The notes beneath the pieces are model-generated. The model made no database searches. It worked only from the letters and a program-made list of their open reading frames with translations, and was not told the DNA's origin. Of a stretch of DNA of 64,000 nucleotides, positions 39,430 through 53,598 are shown piece after piece. Source of the stretch: Lama glama (lineage: Eukaryota); assembly GCA_028534125.1 (NCBI GenBank), contig CM052817.1, positions 11,348,001 through 11,412,000 on the forward strand, given 5' to 3'. Made by a program: the position numbers and the translations under genes. Position 1 is the stretch's first letter, and each line of letters begins with the position of its first letter.

Positions 39430-41000
39430 TTTTAAAACATTCAATATGTTTCAGCTGTAATTGTTTTTCCTTTCGATGCTTAAATGTTCTCCTATTTGGC
39501 CAGAAGGAATCCTTAACACTGGCTCTTATATTTGGTTGACAAATTAGTCTTTGGCGCTTCCCTGCTTGCTGATAAAAGAAGTTCCAGGCTCATTCTGCAC
39601 ATTTTCTGATCCAGACTTGGATTCCAAGGAGGCCTGCTTTCTTTTAAAGGAAAATAATATATAGAGACCACAATCCAGGCCTAAGTTCAATGCTACTGAG
39701 CTGTCTGTCATGCTTTTAGAATATTTCAGGGGTCAGACTAGGAAATGTATATTTTTGAAAAGAAAAAAAAATGTGAGTTTGCAGTGACACTTCCAATTTA
39801 CATGTAATATTACAGAGTTACTACTTTGACTTTGCACTTGTTTCTTCTTTTACCCTGAAAATCTTAGTTTCCTAAAACAACGTTAACATGGTTACATATT
39901 TGATTTATTCTATAAATCCAAAATAATGAACAATGACAGTATTATTATTAATATTATTAAAAGAAAGTTTAGGATTTCTTTGAAGTATCCCTTGTCCTTA
40001 GATTATATTCCACCAAGAAAGTATGGTCAAAATACTGGGTAAAGTCATTGATATAATTCTTTTCTCAGTATCAGTATGTTACTGACTTGATGTGGCCAGG
40101 TTCATTTGTAACATTCTTTTTCAAATTTTAGGGATCACTTTAATTTTTTAAAATGTTTATTCTTTGGATTATGTTGAATATTTGCATAAAACTACATAAC
40201 AAGGTTGATTCACAGCACTTCCATCCTGCCCCCTCCACCTCATTTACTTAATTCCCTTACAGGTAACCATGCTTATTAGTTTTTATCTTTCCTTCTTTGT
40301 TTATATAGAAGAGAACATGTAACATGTACCGTTCTGTAACTTGCTTTTAAATGTCACTATAAGTTTAGGGATCTTTCTCACCCTTCTTTTCCCCCCAAAT
40401 GTTCAGTCTTTCACCGTGTGAATGTACGATAATTTAGTTAACCATTTGCGTTACTTCCAATTCCTTGCTATTACAAATAATGCCCCCAGTGAATAAACTT
40501 GCATACATATCATCGATACTTATATGAGTGTAATTATAGGCTCAGTTCCTTGAAATGAGATTGCTGGGTCAAAGGGTAAATGTATATAATGTTAATAGAT
40601 ACTGTCAATTCCCCTCCATAAGGATTGTACCAGTTTGTATTCCCCAATACATGAGAATGCCTGTTTCTTCACAGTCTTACCAAATAGGTTACATTGCTAA
40701 GCTTGAATTCTCAGTAGTCTGATAGGTGTGAACCATATATGAGTGTATTTCCTAAGAGTTTATGAGTGTATTTTTCTATGTTTAAAGGCTCTTAAAATTT
40801 CTTCATCTATGAAGTGACAATAAAACAATGCTCATTTTTCTATCAGTTTGTGGATCTTTTAGTTCTCAATTTTTTGAAACACTTTATGCACTAGATTATT
40901 AGTCCTTTATTTTGTAATATAAATTACAAATATTTTTTCATAGATTGCCATTTGTCTTTTGATTTTTCTAATGTTATTTTTATACATTCGATTTTATCAT
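39430..41000 (-). mobile_element. Old L1 (L1M-type) fragments
   Basis: Antisense L1 3' text, e.g. gagattgctgggtcaaagggtaaatgtata...cctccataaggattgtaccagtttgtattcccc...gagaatgcctgtttc. Confidence 0.7.
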
Positions 41001-42069
41001 TCCCCTACTGTTAAGGTGATATTCTAGTTGAGATACAGATGAGGAAGAGGGGCAAGCCAGAGGAACAAGAAAATCTGAAGACTAATCCAGACAAAGCGAT
41101 CAGCAAGAGCAAAGGTTCAGAAGTGAAGTGAGCCTGGCATGTGTTAGTTAGTGTGATTTGCACATAATAAGCCAGGAAGAAAGGAAAAGGAATAAGTCCA
41201 GTGGGGTAGACAGAGACAAGATCTTAGCAAAGTCATACAAGTCATGGAAAGAAAATTTAAATTTTGTTCATGTAACAGAAAACTCAGAGGAAGATTTAAA
41301 TATGGAATACTATCTAGCTTTACTTTATTCAGCCTGAGCATGAGAATCCTATTTTGGCACACTGATAACTTCAAAATTATGTTAAGGTATATATTACCGA
41401 ATATTTTATTTGGAGGGAAAACACGTGAAGAAATTAAAAGGGAAACAAAAACCCAACGAATTGTCTCTTGGAAACCATGTGGTAATAGAACGGTCAATTT
41501 TATATCAAACTATAACAGGTTCAGGAAAAATGTAATGGCTACAAAGAAAATGATTTATTTATTCTTTTTCTTTCTTGTACTTCATACAGCTAATCAGGTT
41601 AGTCAAGTGACGATTTGTTTACATGGCAATATTTATGGAACTTTTGAATTTAAAATGCATGGTTTTTTTGTTTCTGTTATTATTTACAAAATGGAAAAAA
41701 GAAAAATCCAGCTTAAATATACTGTAACAATCATATTTCTTGACACTCTACAATTTGATTTTATGGAAAAAGCTTTGACTTTTCTCTTGATTTTTAAGTG
41801 ACTGAGAAAATCCTCATACAGCTCCTCAGACATACCTGATCTGCTCCTGCCTTCTTTGATTTCTGATATTTTTGTCTTTGTTTTTGGTACTTCTTTGGCC
41901 TGGAATGCCCTGCCCTCATATCTCACATGAAGGACCTCTCACCATTCAATTCTCTGTTCAAACTCACTTCTTCAGTGAGGCTTTCCTGACCACCTTACCT
42001 AAAATAATCCTCTCAAGTCACTCTTGGTATCTTGCTTATTCATTCTTTTGTAAAATTAGGGGCACGTTG

Positions 42070-43160
42070 ACAGGCATATTTCAAAAAAGTAATGAGTAAC
42101 TTCTGGAAATGAAAAAATAACAACAAATTTGAAACTCAAGACAAATATTAAACAGTGGTTTGAGTAGCTCAAGAAAGAAACAGTGAATTTGGAGATAGTT
42201 CTAAATAAACTAATCAGGATATAACACAGACAGATAAAAAGTTGGACGATATGAAAGAGAAGATAAGAGAGATGAAAACTAGAATGAGAGGGTCCAAATT
42301 ATGTCTCAGTAAATTCAAATAAGAGATAAAGTAAGAATTATAACATATTTGAAAAGATAATGGCTGAACAATCGTAACTGATGAAAGAAATTTGTCCTCA
42401 GTTTTAGAATGTTTTGAAATGATATGACTCACAAGCAGAATAAAAGAAAATATACACCCAAATATATCCAAGACAAGCTGCAGAACAGCATAAACAAAAC
42501 AGAGACAGAGTAAGAGACAGATGCTAAAAGTTGAGAGTCTGAAGATTACTTACAAAAGAAAGACTATTTGTTGGGTAGTTACAGCAACAACAGAAGCCAA
42601 GACACAATCACAGCAGCAGTGGCGAGAAAATAGTAACTGTCAGCCTAGACTTGTGTACCCAGAAAAAAATCTCTTTTAAGAACAAAGGTTAAAAAGAAAT
42701 AAGAAACTGAAAAAAATATTCTGAGAGTTTACTACCAGTAAATCTTTATTAAAAGAATTTCTGATTTCAGAAGACACTTTGAGATATAGGAAGGGATGAT
42801 AAGCAAAGGAAAAAGGTAATCATGTATGTAAATCTAAATAAAAATTGATTATATAAAAATAGTTATAATATTTTAATTGCGATGTTATAAAAAGAGAATT
42901 AAAGCATTGATAAATTGGCTATATGTGTCATGGCAGGTAACAAGCTAAAATATTCCTTACTTTAACTGTTGAGTTAACTAAACATTAAAAAACTTCTGGG
43001 GTAATTACTACAGAATAGCAATAGAGTATATAATTTCAAAATTAGCAAAGAAAGAAGATTAAAATAGAAACAATGCAATCTAAAAGAAAATAACAAAGGA
43101 GGAAAAAAGCTTAACAAATGGGACAAATAGAAAGCACAAAATAAGATGGTGGAAACAATT
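42070..43160 (+). mobile_element. Old L1/HAL1 ORF1-region remnant
   Basis: A-rich ORF1-like text (cttctggaaatgaaaaaata, cagcaacaacagaagccaagacacaat, taactgtcagcctagacttgtgtacccag). Heavily degraded. Confidence 0.55.
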
Positions 43161-45879
43161 ACAAGGGTGATGAGGCTACAAAAGAATACAGGATGCTGTA
43201 GAAAAATACAGTAAGAGACCAAAACAAATTTTGGTGGTAATTAACCAGAATGTGTGTGTGTGTCTGTGTGCATCCAATTTAAGAGTGTGGGGTAGGTTTT
43301 CTTAGAGAACTGATGTTTAAAAGGAGACCTAAAGAAAAGCCTAGTAAGATTTATTTAGAAAAAATTGGCAGAGGTAGGGAGTGGCTTCTGCAGAGAGGCA
43401 AAAGCATGTATGAATGTTCTGAGGCCAGAGTATGTGACATTCAAGAAACAGAAAAAACCAATATGAAGACTAAAGAGAGATGCAAGATGAGAACAGATAG
43501 GTAGGCAGAGTCTGGATCTTGGTGAGTCCAGGATTTTAGACTTTTTCCTAAGGACAATTAGAAATCATTAAAGTGTTTTAAGCAGATGAGTGGTATGTCC
43601 TGATTTGGAATTTTTAAATATCATTTCTTTCTCTTATTCTTAGAGTCAGAGAAGGTTAGCCTGGAAGGGACATGGATAATCTTGATATGTTTTACTCCTC
43701 AGGTTTACTAAAATATGGTATCTTCTCGATCATGGAACATTAACACTTTCTTCCATATGTCTTTAGCTTTGGAAAACAAAAGTTAAGCACAGAAAAACAA
43801 GATGGATAATTTTATTGCTTTCATTATGAGATACAGAAATATCTTCTCTTTCTTTAAAAAAATTGTTCAGTATTTTCCGAACAAAGTAACAACAAGCTTC
43901 ATTTATAAATAACGTAGTTTATAAAATGTAGTATCATAAAATGATACATGACTCTCTAAATTACAGTTTAACATCTCAGCTGACAACCTCACCTACCTTA
44001 ATCTCAGCCAAGAAACCAGATTAGGGGTGGTGGCAGCAACAACAATAAAGGATACTTAATGACAACTGGACAAATCACTTAAATTTGTATCTTTTATTCA
44101 ATATAATCTCCCAAATGTTCACTTGAAGTCTAGTTCATATTAGTCTCATATATAATTTGTCTCTTAAAAAATCTTATTCAAACTAGGAGATATGGTTTCC
44201 AAAGTTCAGCCTACTGATAGCAATGTGAAATAATTTCTTAAAAAATTTAACTTTATTTGTTGCCAAGAGAAAATAATTCTAAAAATGTCAAAAGGTTACA
44301 AGGCACTTCAATAATTAATGTTCATCATGACACAATCAATGTTCCATACATTGTTTAAGTATAAAGACATTACATAATATTTTCCTCTAGTATGTTTAAA
44401 ATAAGAAATTTCACTGCTAAAATCGTAAATTATCAAGTCTCAATCTTCATTTTAGTTCTTAATAGCATTTGAAAATAGTAAAAGTTTTTAATTCAGTAAA
44501 CTCAAAGTGTCATACATCATACAGCCACCGGAGATACAAAAGAGAATAAATAGGTTCCTGTTCCCAAATGTTGATTATAGTGGGGAGATAAATGTGGAAA
44601 CAATTACAATGAAGTGAGAATTTACTAAAATCAAAGTTCTACCACAATATTCACTGGACTTCATGGTAGAAAACTACACCAACAAGGCCGATGAAGTGCT
44701 GTTGTTTCATCTCTGCCCACATTTGATCTTGTTCTTTATAGAAATGGTAAATTGTCCATAGTGGTCACAATAATGATAAAGGTTCGTAAGTTGTAAATTT
44801 CTTCCTGTACTTTGTAACTCAGGGTAAGTTTTACTTTTGGGCCCAGGTTAAAACCAAAAAACAAATTATTTTTGACATGTTAATGTTATGTCTGCATGTC
44901 TTTTAAGTTAGTGTTCCAGGACAAAAAAATGCATGACTTACTTTCTCCCAGTTTTTGAGGCTCAGAGTATTTATACAAATCTGCATAATGAAAATGCACA
45001 AAGACGTATCTCTAATATTTGAAGCACTTGGCTAGAAAGTACAATGGAATGGCAAATAGGAATGTTTCCTTCAGGGTAACAATATCTTAAGTCAGTCTAG
45101 AGTTTGTGGAAGAGAGGATAAGGAAACTGCAGAGTATGAAAATTGATTTATGAAGAACATTTAGAGAAGCTGTAACAGTTTGCATGGAAAGTAGAGGTTT
45201 AAAGAGACAAAACAGTTTCAACGAATATTTACAGCACTAATAAGTAAAAGGAATAAATTTTCTCATAGTGTTGAGATGGAAAAGAAACCCACAAACACTA
45301 AAGATTAGCATGGAAAAGAGAAGACGTGGAGATATAATTTCTACAAATATTCACAGTACTATTAGGTAAAATATTGTTGGAGATGGAAAAAATATAAAAT
45401 GAAGGGTGGATGTTTCTGAGATATGAGCTTAATTGTCAGAGCTGTCAAACAGTTTTTTCTAAGTACTTACAGTCAGAGGTTTAATTACCATCTCTTTTAT
45501 TCTGTTATATACAACAGAATAAAAGAACCCTATACTGGGATGAAAGCTGGGCTGGATATTCTTTTGAGCATCTTTTTGTTTGCTTATTTGCCTTTTCTAT
45601 TATCTTCTGAACTATTTTTGCCTATTTTCCTACACAGTTGTGTTTTCCACATTGGCTATAGTTTTGTTTGGTTAGATGAATGGTTGTTAGTTACATCAAC
45701 CATAAATACTGTCTCCAAATGTAAGGCTTCAATTTTATGCTCACAGTGACTTTTATAATACTTAAGTTTTACATTTTAGTATAGTCAAATTTACACAATT
45801 ATAATATGGGTTGTTATTCTTGCATCTTAACTTAAACTAAGGAAGAATTTCTCAAGACATAATCCCTTATCTTTTCTAA

Positions 45880-47240
45880 CATTTAGCACTTTAACCAAAC
45901 TGAAATTACTTTTGTGAGTGGTGTGAGGTAGGGATTCATCTTTTTTATTTTTATCTTTTTGCTCCATGTGGGTAACCAATTGCCCTGGAACTATTTACTG
46001 AGTTGGCCATTGTCCCAGTGATTTACAATGACATCCCTCTGTCCTTTACCAAGATTCCACTAATGTTTGGAGAGTTTCTGGGCTTGCTAATCTGTCCTAG
46101 TGATTTGTATATGGCCCATAGTACCTTGTTTGAATTATTACACTAAGTCCTGATATGTTTTAGAGAAGTCCTTCACCACCTTGACTTGGTAATTCTTGGC
46201 TCTTTAAGTATTGCTCATAAATTTTAGGACTGGCAAGTCATTTTTCATAATAAACCCTACCAGAATTTTGACTGGAGTGACACTGAATTTTAAAAGTACA
46301 TTAAAGATGAACTGCTATCTCTTAAAGGTTTCCCATTCATTTAAAATACAATCACTCATTTTGGGAGCATTCTTTTATGTCCTTCAATAAAGTTTTGTAG
46401 TGTTCTCCACAAGGTCTAAAACAGTTTATTAGTTTCAGTCTGAGGCGTTTTAATGTTTTTCCTGCTTTTTTTTTTTTTGCTATTGCAGAAGAAATTATTT
46501 ATAAACTGGATTTTCTAACTGGATAATAGCTGACATGTTGTAATATATAATTATGAGTAGTACCTTTTTGGAACACTTTCATCAGTTATAAAACTTTATG
46601 TAGATTTTCTTTCATATTTTCTATATACACAATTATACTGTTTGTAAGCAACCACAGTTTTGCTCATTCTTTCCCTTTAACCTATTGCTTATTTTAATAC
46701 TTCTATTTTCTCATATTATACGAGTCAAGGCCTCTCATAAAATGTTGAAAATTGGTGATAGTATGTATTTTTGTCACATCTATTACTCTGAATCGTTTGG
46801 TTATGATGTCCCTCATAACAGAAGTGCTCATCTATTTTTGGTTGTGAAAAGCCTTTTTAAAAATCATAAATGTGTCAGCTTCTGTAAATTTTTTCTGTAT
46901 CTATTAGGATAATATGGTTTTTCTTTTTCTTTTTTTTGTAATGTGTTAAATCATAAAGGTTTTTCAAATGCAGAATCATCTGTGCCTCCCTAGTCATTAT
47001 TTATAATGGTTTTATATTTCCCTATATTTAATTTGCTAATATTTAGTTAGAATTTTTGCACCTAGGTTTGTAAATAAGACTAGTTTGCAACTTTTCTTTC
47101 TTTTGCCATCTGTGCCTTGTTTTGGTATCACGATTACATCAGTATTTTTTCTCTTCTCTAGCCTTTAAAATAGTCTGTAAGAGATAAGAATTATCTATTG
47201 CTTAAAGATTATATAAGGTTATCTTAAAACCATTTGGGAT
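45880..47240 (-). mobile_element. Old L1 ORF2 remnant
   Basis: T-rich antisense text: ggtgtgaggtagggattc, cataaattttagga, atttgctaatattt...aatttttgcacctaggttt. Confidence 0.65.
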
Positions 47241-48619
47241 TAAATTTTATAGTTATAAGTCAGACAATTCATAAAGTATCCACATGGTTTATGGTTTAGA
47301 TTATCTACAGTTTATAGTTTATATTATCTAATTTGTTAAAATAACTCACTAATGAACAAATAAAGGAGTACAGTTATGAAATTACAGAGTGAGAATAATA
47401 CGAAAAATATAAGCACTAGCAAGTTACAAAAACAGAACTAATCTTGCTACTACTAGTATGAGCACTTTATTAATTATACTAAAAGGTAAGAACAGTGAAG
47501 TCAGTCCAAAAACTTTTTTAGTTCTGAAAGAAACCATTTGAAATATGGATTTATACCTTCTACTATGACTAATGAAACTCTCCAAAGTCTATATGTGTAA
47601 ATAAGATAAGGTCATCATGATTAGCAAGACATTTAACAATTGCTTATAATGTCTTTATGTCAACCTTAAAATTTTTAATTTGTGAAAGGATTAATACATA
47701 TAAAGTATTAGTGTATATATGTATACACATGCAAGGTTATGTACTGCATTAAAAAAAAATTTGGTACGCAAGTAGGCAAAGTTTGAGCTTACCAATCTAT
47801 ATACCACAGCAGAACAGTTTTATAAAAGAAAATGTGATTTTATGACTCTTTGCTTAAAGCAATCTAGCAGCTTTCTATGGCACTAAGAAAAGTCAAAATC
47901 CTTAATATTTCCTATATGGCTTTCTCATAATCTTATCCTCACCTGTTTCTTTTGTCTTATCTATTACCACTCTCTCCTTTGCTCTCTACATCAGAAGCCA
48001 CATTAAGCTAAATGAATCCTGTCATGAAGAAAGAACACTGTAATCTCATGAGACAAGAAATCACTCCCAAAATTAAAATAATCAAGAAGACTATTTAAAG
48101 CATAGATCTATATCCACCACCATTACTCTTTCAACCTCCAAATGTTCACATATGCATTTATGCCTAGAATATCACAATAATTAAAATAGTAATTACATTG
48201 CTTATTTTCTATATTTACTTGGGTCTGCCTTATCACTCAAGTTCATAGAATCACTGAACGTAAGGACTGGAAATTTACTTTTAAAATATCATCTATTCCA
48301 ACTATTCATCTGACAGTTTTGAATGTCTCTAATGATTAGGCAACCAGGAAATCATTTTCCCCCTTCCCCTTTAAAAAAAAGTCTGAGCCTTAGAGATAGT
48401 CTTTCTTACATGGACCTGAAATCTGTTTTCACCTAACTTATAGCTAGTGATCCTAATTCTATTCATTGAGCCACTCAGAGAAAGTTCAGTCCTACTTTAG
48501 TGTAACAGCCATACAGATATTTACAGATAACTACCATGTTGTTTCCAATGCTTCTCTTCTCTGGTGGTAAGAAACATGAGGTAGAGAGAATAGAGAGACT
48601 AATGTTTGGGTATCTTTTA

Positions 48620-48800
48620 TGAGTTGGTTATTTCACATTTAACTTTCACACTGCTCCAATGAGTGTATAATTATTATTGCAAAATAACAAGTGAGGAAAT
48701 TAAAGCTCAGATAGGTAAAGTTAATTGTTCATGTAACTTAAGTAGCAGAGCTAAGATTTCAACCCCAAGTCTGTCACAGATACCAAGGTCTATGTTTTAG
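48620..48800 (-). mobile_element. MIR SINE
   Basis: gtgaggaaattaaagctcagataggtaaag...taagtagcagagctaagatttcaacccc. Confidence 0.65.
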
Positions 48801-49890
48801 TCCTCTTTAGAACACTGAACTGCCTCCCACAAAAAAGAAGAGCTATAAGAGAGTGTAAAACATGGAAAAGTAAGACAAACAAAAATTCTGAAAATCCTAT
48901 GCTTTCTAACTTCCAAAATTCAATGTACTGATATATCATGTCCTTAAGCATTTATTATAATCATCTTTAATATGTCTTATAACACATCTAATTATCTCAG
49001 TATTTCTCATATCCTTCCACATAAATAAACTCATTCAACTGAAAGTTAGGAAAGCAGAAAGAGAAAATTACTTCCGTATTTTAGCTCCTCTCAGTTTTGA
49101 TCTGTCTCACACACTGAAAAGATCACCTTCTTTAAATACTGACTAGTGTATTCTTCTTTAGAGCTTCAAACACCACATTGCCTTCTGCAATCAAACTTAA
49201 CGCTGATATTTTTCTGGCATCAAGGACTTTCAACAATATCCCTAACTTGGGTTAACAAGAGCTACTTGTTCACTTTTCTCCAAGCAAACACTTGTTTGGC
49301 ATCCTCCACAAGCACCAACAGGCTTTTCCTTCCTTTTCCTCGGAGAATCATAGCTCTTCCTTCAATTAGCCATTAGATAACACCAACATAGCTTCATCAT
49401 TCAGGTTTCTTATGAAAACTGTATCATGATTATAATAAAATTATCACATGTATTAACTTTTCTCTCTCCTTAGTTACATCATAAACAATTAAAGATAAAT
49501 CATCTATTTCTTCTTATTTTTCACCTAAGGGCAAAAAATTGCACAGCAAGTGCTTCATCAATGTTCTCAGCTGGTCATTATAAGAATACTTCTACATTGT
49601 ACACATCCATTTATTTGTATACCTTGCTTTTAGGGTGCTTGTGAGGATTCTCTCACCATACAGTTTATTGTGAAAAGAGACTGAGAGCAACTCTCATTTT
49701 CTCTTTATAAACAAAGTCAATTGCAATACAGAAGGTCTAATTTAGCACACATCTCTCTAGTTTATATTACAGAGGCTAATTACAAGTAATATTACTTCCA
49801 AAATAAACTGTTCTGTGAATATAAGTTTATATATACATTTAAGAATATTCAAACATAAAACTGTATCTCACATACACACAAAATTCTTAC

Positions 49891-50142
49891 CTTGCTGAGT
49901 ATTTTGTTCTTGGATTCGATTCACAGTGAGGTCTAAGGGGCCTTCCTGTTCTTCCTGAAGCGAGTTTTCTGCTTGATTCATTTGGATACTTTTACATATT
50001 AGACTTGGTCCAACTGAACCATTTCTATTCTCTTGAATTTTACCACTTTTTGAAATATACTCAATTGCAAACTGACGTATCATCTTTTTCATTAATTCCT
50101 GAGCAACTAGGGGAATGTTAGGATCACAGTTCTGAGGAAGAT
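49891..50142 (-). CDS. LCORL: LCORL shared 252-nt exon (PLDLT CtBP-binding motif)
   Basis: ttccctag|AT ... CAAG|gtaaga. Encodes [33 protein letters not shown]...[19 protein letters not shown](G). Upstream exons lie beyond the window. Confidence 0.97.
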
Positions 50143-51834
50143 CTAGGGAAGAAATAAATATAATAAGAATTAAAAAAGAGAACACAAAATACCAATGTTT
50201 TTCTTATTTTTATTATAAATTAATGATTTCAGAAGTCTCTTAGAGTCAGTTCATAATTTCTCTTAGAATCAGTTCATAAACTGGTTAATAGGACTTAGCA
50301 GTAGAAACCTTGTAGATTTAATTAGTTTTATGATAATATGTCAACCCAAAACTTAGCGTATATAATCACTTCTTGAAAATAAACATTTTTGTCTGAAACT
50401 GAAATACAGATAAAGAATTACACATAAAAACAAATTATTTTCAGAGTTTCAATTCAAATGTATTCTACTAGAGATTAAATTATTAGTATGTGAAAATAAA
50501 TTGAATATATAAGTAATCAAGCAATTTTAAACCTAACAGAGTTGGTACACACATTAACTATTAAAGAAAACATATAAACTCTGTAACTATTTGTACCATT
50601 AATTTTTCAATTCTGTCAAATGCAGTACATTTCATGTACAGCCTGAATATCATCAAGGATTTCTCTCTGTTTCTCAACTTTTCATATCAAGAAATTTCAA
50701 TCACAAAGAAAAAATAAAGACCACTACAATGACAGTCTCTACCAAGATTCAAGAATTGTTAGTATTCTGCTACATTCCCTTCTTTTTACTTTCTTTAGTT
50801 TGTAGAACTACTGAAAGTAAGTTGCAGAATTATGACATTTCACTCCTAAATATTTCAGCATACATTCACTAGGTTTCTCCTTACAGAACATAGCAGTACC
50901 ATTACTGAGAGTCTTAATCAGTCCCCTATCCCAAAACACGCTTGTCAGCTATATCCAAAATAAGGTCAGCAGTGACACACTTGTACAAGAGGTAAAAACA
51001 ACTCAATGGTTTTATAGTTAAGAGGTATGGAATAAGAACAGACCACTTACAAACACAGTATCACAGTGATAGAGTTTTGGTATTGCGGGGGTGGTGGTGG
51101 TGGCTTTTTCACACACACACTTCTGGCCTCACTCTAATCCTTTATTTCCTTTGCTCCTTCAGAGGTAGAAGGACTGGTAAACTGGGAAGGATGACTAAGC
51201 ATACTTGGTCTGGCTCCATACTACTTCCTCTTACAAGTGGGCCTACTTCTAGAGATACTAGTTCTTTGCTCCTTAAAAGCCTCAACTCTTACCCAGGCAG
51301 ATCAGTGTTACGTGAATAGGCTGCCCTGATCCAGGGCTGTCTGAGATTGAACGGGTAAGTCTCCTTAGTTTTGGGGTTCAGTATGAGCTACAGCACTTGT
51401 CTAAGAGATCTGAAGGCAAGTACTTCACTAGGGGCAAAAACAACTATTTTTATAGATACATGATTCCAATATGCTAGGAGGTTAGAAAAGATACTATTTA
51501 GAGGTAAGGAAAGGCAACAAACTCCCTCCATACCATGACCACCACGTTTGGTAGCAAAATGTGACCTAAGCCAACATGAATCTGTTTATGGTCCTGCAGA
51601 AATATCAACATATTTGATCACAGGGTGCTGTTTTGGACCTGTTAGAGATATTACATAATAAACACCTCTATTATATTACCTCTTTCAAAACAAAAAATTT
51701 TGAATTCTGAAAAAAACATCTGAGAAGGGCCTATAAAAAAAATAACATTTTAGGCTTCACATTTATTCTTCATTTAGATTCCAGTAGGGAAGAGAGGCAC
51801 TATTTTTGGGGGGAATTAGAAAGACTTGGCTATA

Positions 51835-52055
51835 CAGTTGATGCTTGAACAACATGGGTTTGAACTGCGGGGGTACACTTAATGTGGATTTTTTCCCCCA
51901 ATAAATATGTACTACAGTACTACACAATCCATGACTGGTTGAATCCACAGATGCAGAACCTCAAATACAGCAGGTCCACTGTAAAGTTTGACTCACATTT
52001 TTGACTGTGCAGAGGGTCAGTACCCCTAACTCCCATGCTGTTCAAGGGCCAACTG
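51835..52055 (+). mobile_element. Tigger2-derived MITE (TcMar-Tigger)
   Basis: TIRs cagttgatgcttgaaca / tgttcaagggccaactg, with TA target duplication on both sides. Confidence 0.9.
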
Positions 52056-52402
52056 TATATTACATCTTCGCAGCTTGTTTTATAACTGGAGGTTTGTACC
52101 TCTTAATCTCCACCTTCACCTGTTTCATCCCCTCAATGCCCCCGCTTCTCTGGCAACCACCTGTTTGTTCTAACATTGAGTCTGTTTTAAATTAGTTTAC
52201 TTTGTTTTGTTTCTTAGATTCCACATATAAGTGAGAATACACAGCATAAGGAATATGGTCAATAATAATGTAATAACTTTTATGGGAACAGACGGTTCTA
52301 GACTTACTGTGGTTATCATTTCATTATGTATGCAAATGTTAAATCACTCTGTAGAAAACCTGAAACTAAAGTAATACTGTACATCAACATTTTAATAAAA
52401 AA
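52056..52402 (+). mobile_element. 5'-truncated, 5'-inverted L1 3' end
   Basis: Antisense L1 3' UTR (52056 to about 52245) joined to sense L1 3' UTR plus A tail. TSD agaaagacttggctata (51818-51834) / agaaagacttagttata (52403-52419). Confidence 0.8.
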
Positions 52403-53293
52403 AGAAAGACTTAGTTATAGATTGGAATCTTAACCATCTTTATGAACTTAGGCTAGTTATACATTCCTTCCAGGCCTTAGTTTCTCTGCTCATGAAAATA
52501 GAAATGATAATAGAACCTTGAAAATCATAACAAGGCTTGCTCACAAGAGTATTTTAAGGTTATATGAGCTTGTAGATAAAATACTGAACTCCTGTACTTG
52601 GCATTTTAACAGCTAACATTAATACACTGTTATCTTAGGTTATAGTGAAAATAACAAGAGAAACAAAAAGATGTAGACTGAGAACTTGTATTTTATTTAA
52701 ATCATAAAATGTCAAGTAAAAATATTAACTAGGTTAATATAAAATTATTAACTAGGAAAATAAGTACATAATTTATAAGTCAATGTGATATATTTTGGTC
52801 CAGAATAAACAGTATGAGCAAATGTAACCTAACTAAAGTAGTTTATATCAAAACAAGAACTTTTCATGTTATCTGTAAGGATTCCCAATTTATACCATTT
52901 CTTGATTATTACTTCCGGGAATCTCTGAAAACTTCTGTGAACATTCCTCTCCATTCAACCTTTCCTCAAACCTAATTTTGCTTTGTATTATGTTTGAAAA
53001 GGAGATACTGGATTTACTTTTAGGTATTTTGGTTAATTGCTCTGCAATTTATTGACTAATATCACCTTATAAATTCAAAATAATTAAATTTATCAAAAAA
53101 GAACAGAAACATGATAAGACTCATATCATGTGATTAGGGCTATACTTTAGAATTGAGTTTAGAGCTAAGTTTAAAGCAGAATAGACAATGCTACTTTATT
53201 CATCTACTCAGTTTTTGTTAATTTATATTGAGAATAAACCTATGTGTGAGACCAAAGGACATGGCAAAAACCAAACAAATAAATAAGATAAAC

Positions 53294-53317
53294 GAGAGAG
53301 AGAGAGAGAGAGAGAGA
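53294..53317. repeat. (GA)12 microsatellite
   Basis: Perfect GA run. Confidence 0.95.
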
Positions 53318-53598
53318 CAAAGAAAATGTTACTCAGCTGCTGATTAGCTAATGAGCCTTCCAGATTACTTGCGTAAATTGTCACAACTACATAAAAGCAA
53401 ATGAGTTAACTAAAGATTTAGACCAGGGATTATAAACTCAAATGATTTCAAAGTTCAGGCAACTAACAAACGTTTGGCTAGAAGAGAAAATATGTTGCCA
53501 CATAGAAGTGGTGTCTACTGCCCCCAAGAAGACAGAAATAACTTATTTTTGCCCTATCTCTTTACTTTTCAAGTAATTCAAAAGTTTAACAAGTTCTT

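Noticed and set aside
41244..41801. 185-aa plus-strand ORF
   Set aside because: Composition (F/K/I-rich) mirrors AT-rich DNA, it begins in L2-like sequence, and it has no recognisable domain.
45301..45313. AAGATTAGCATGG, a 13-nt match to U6
   Set aside because: The match does not extend on either side and has no tail or TSD. Compatible with chance.
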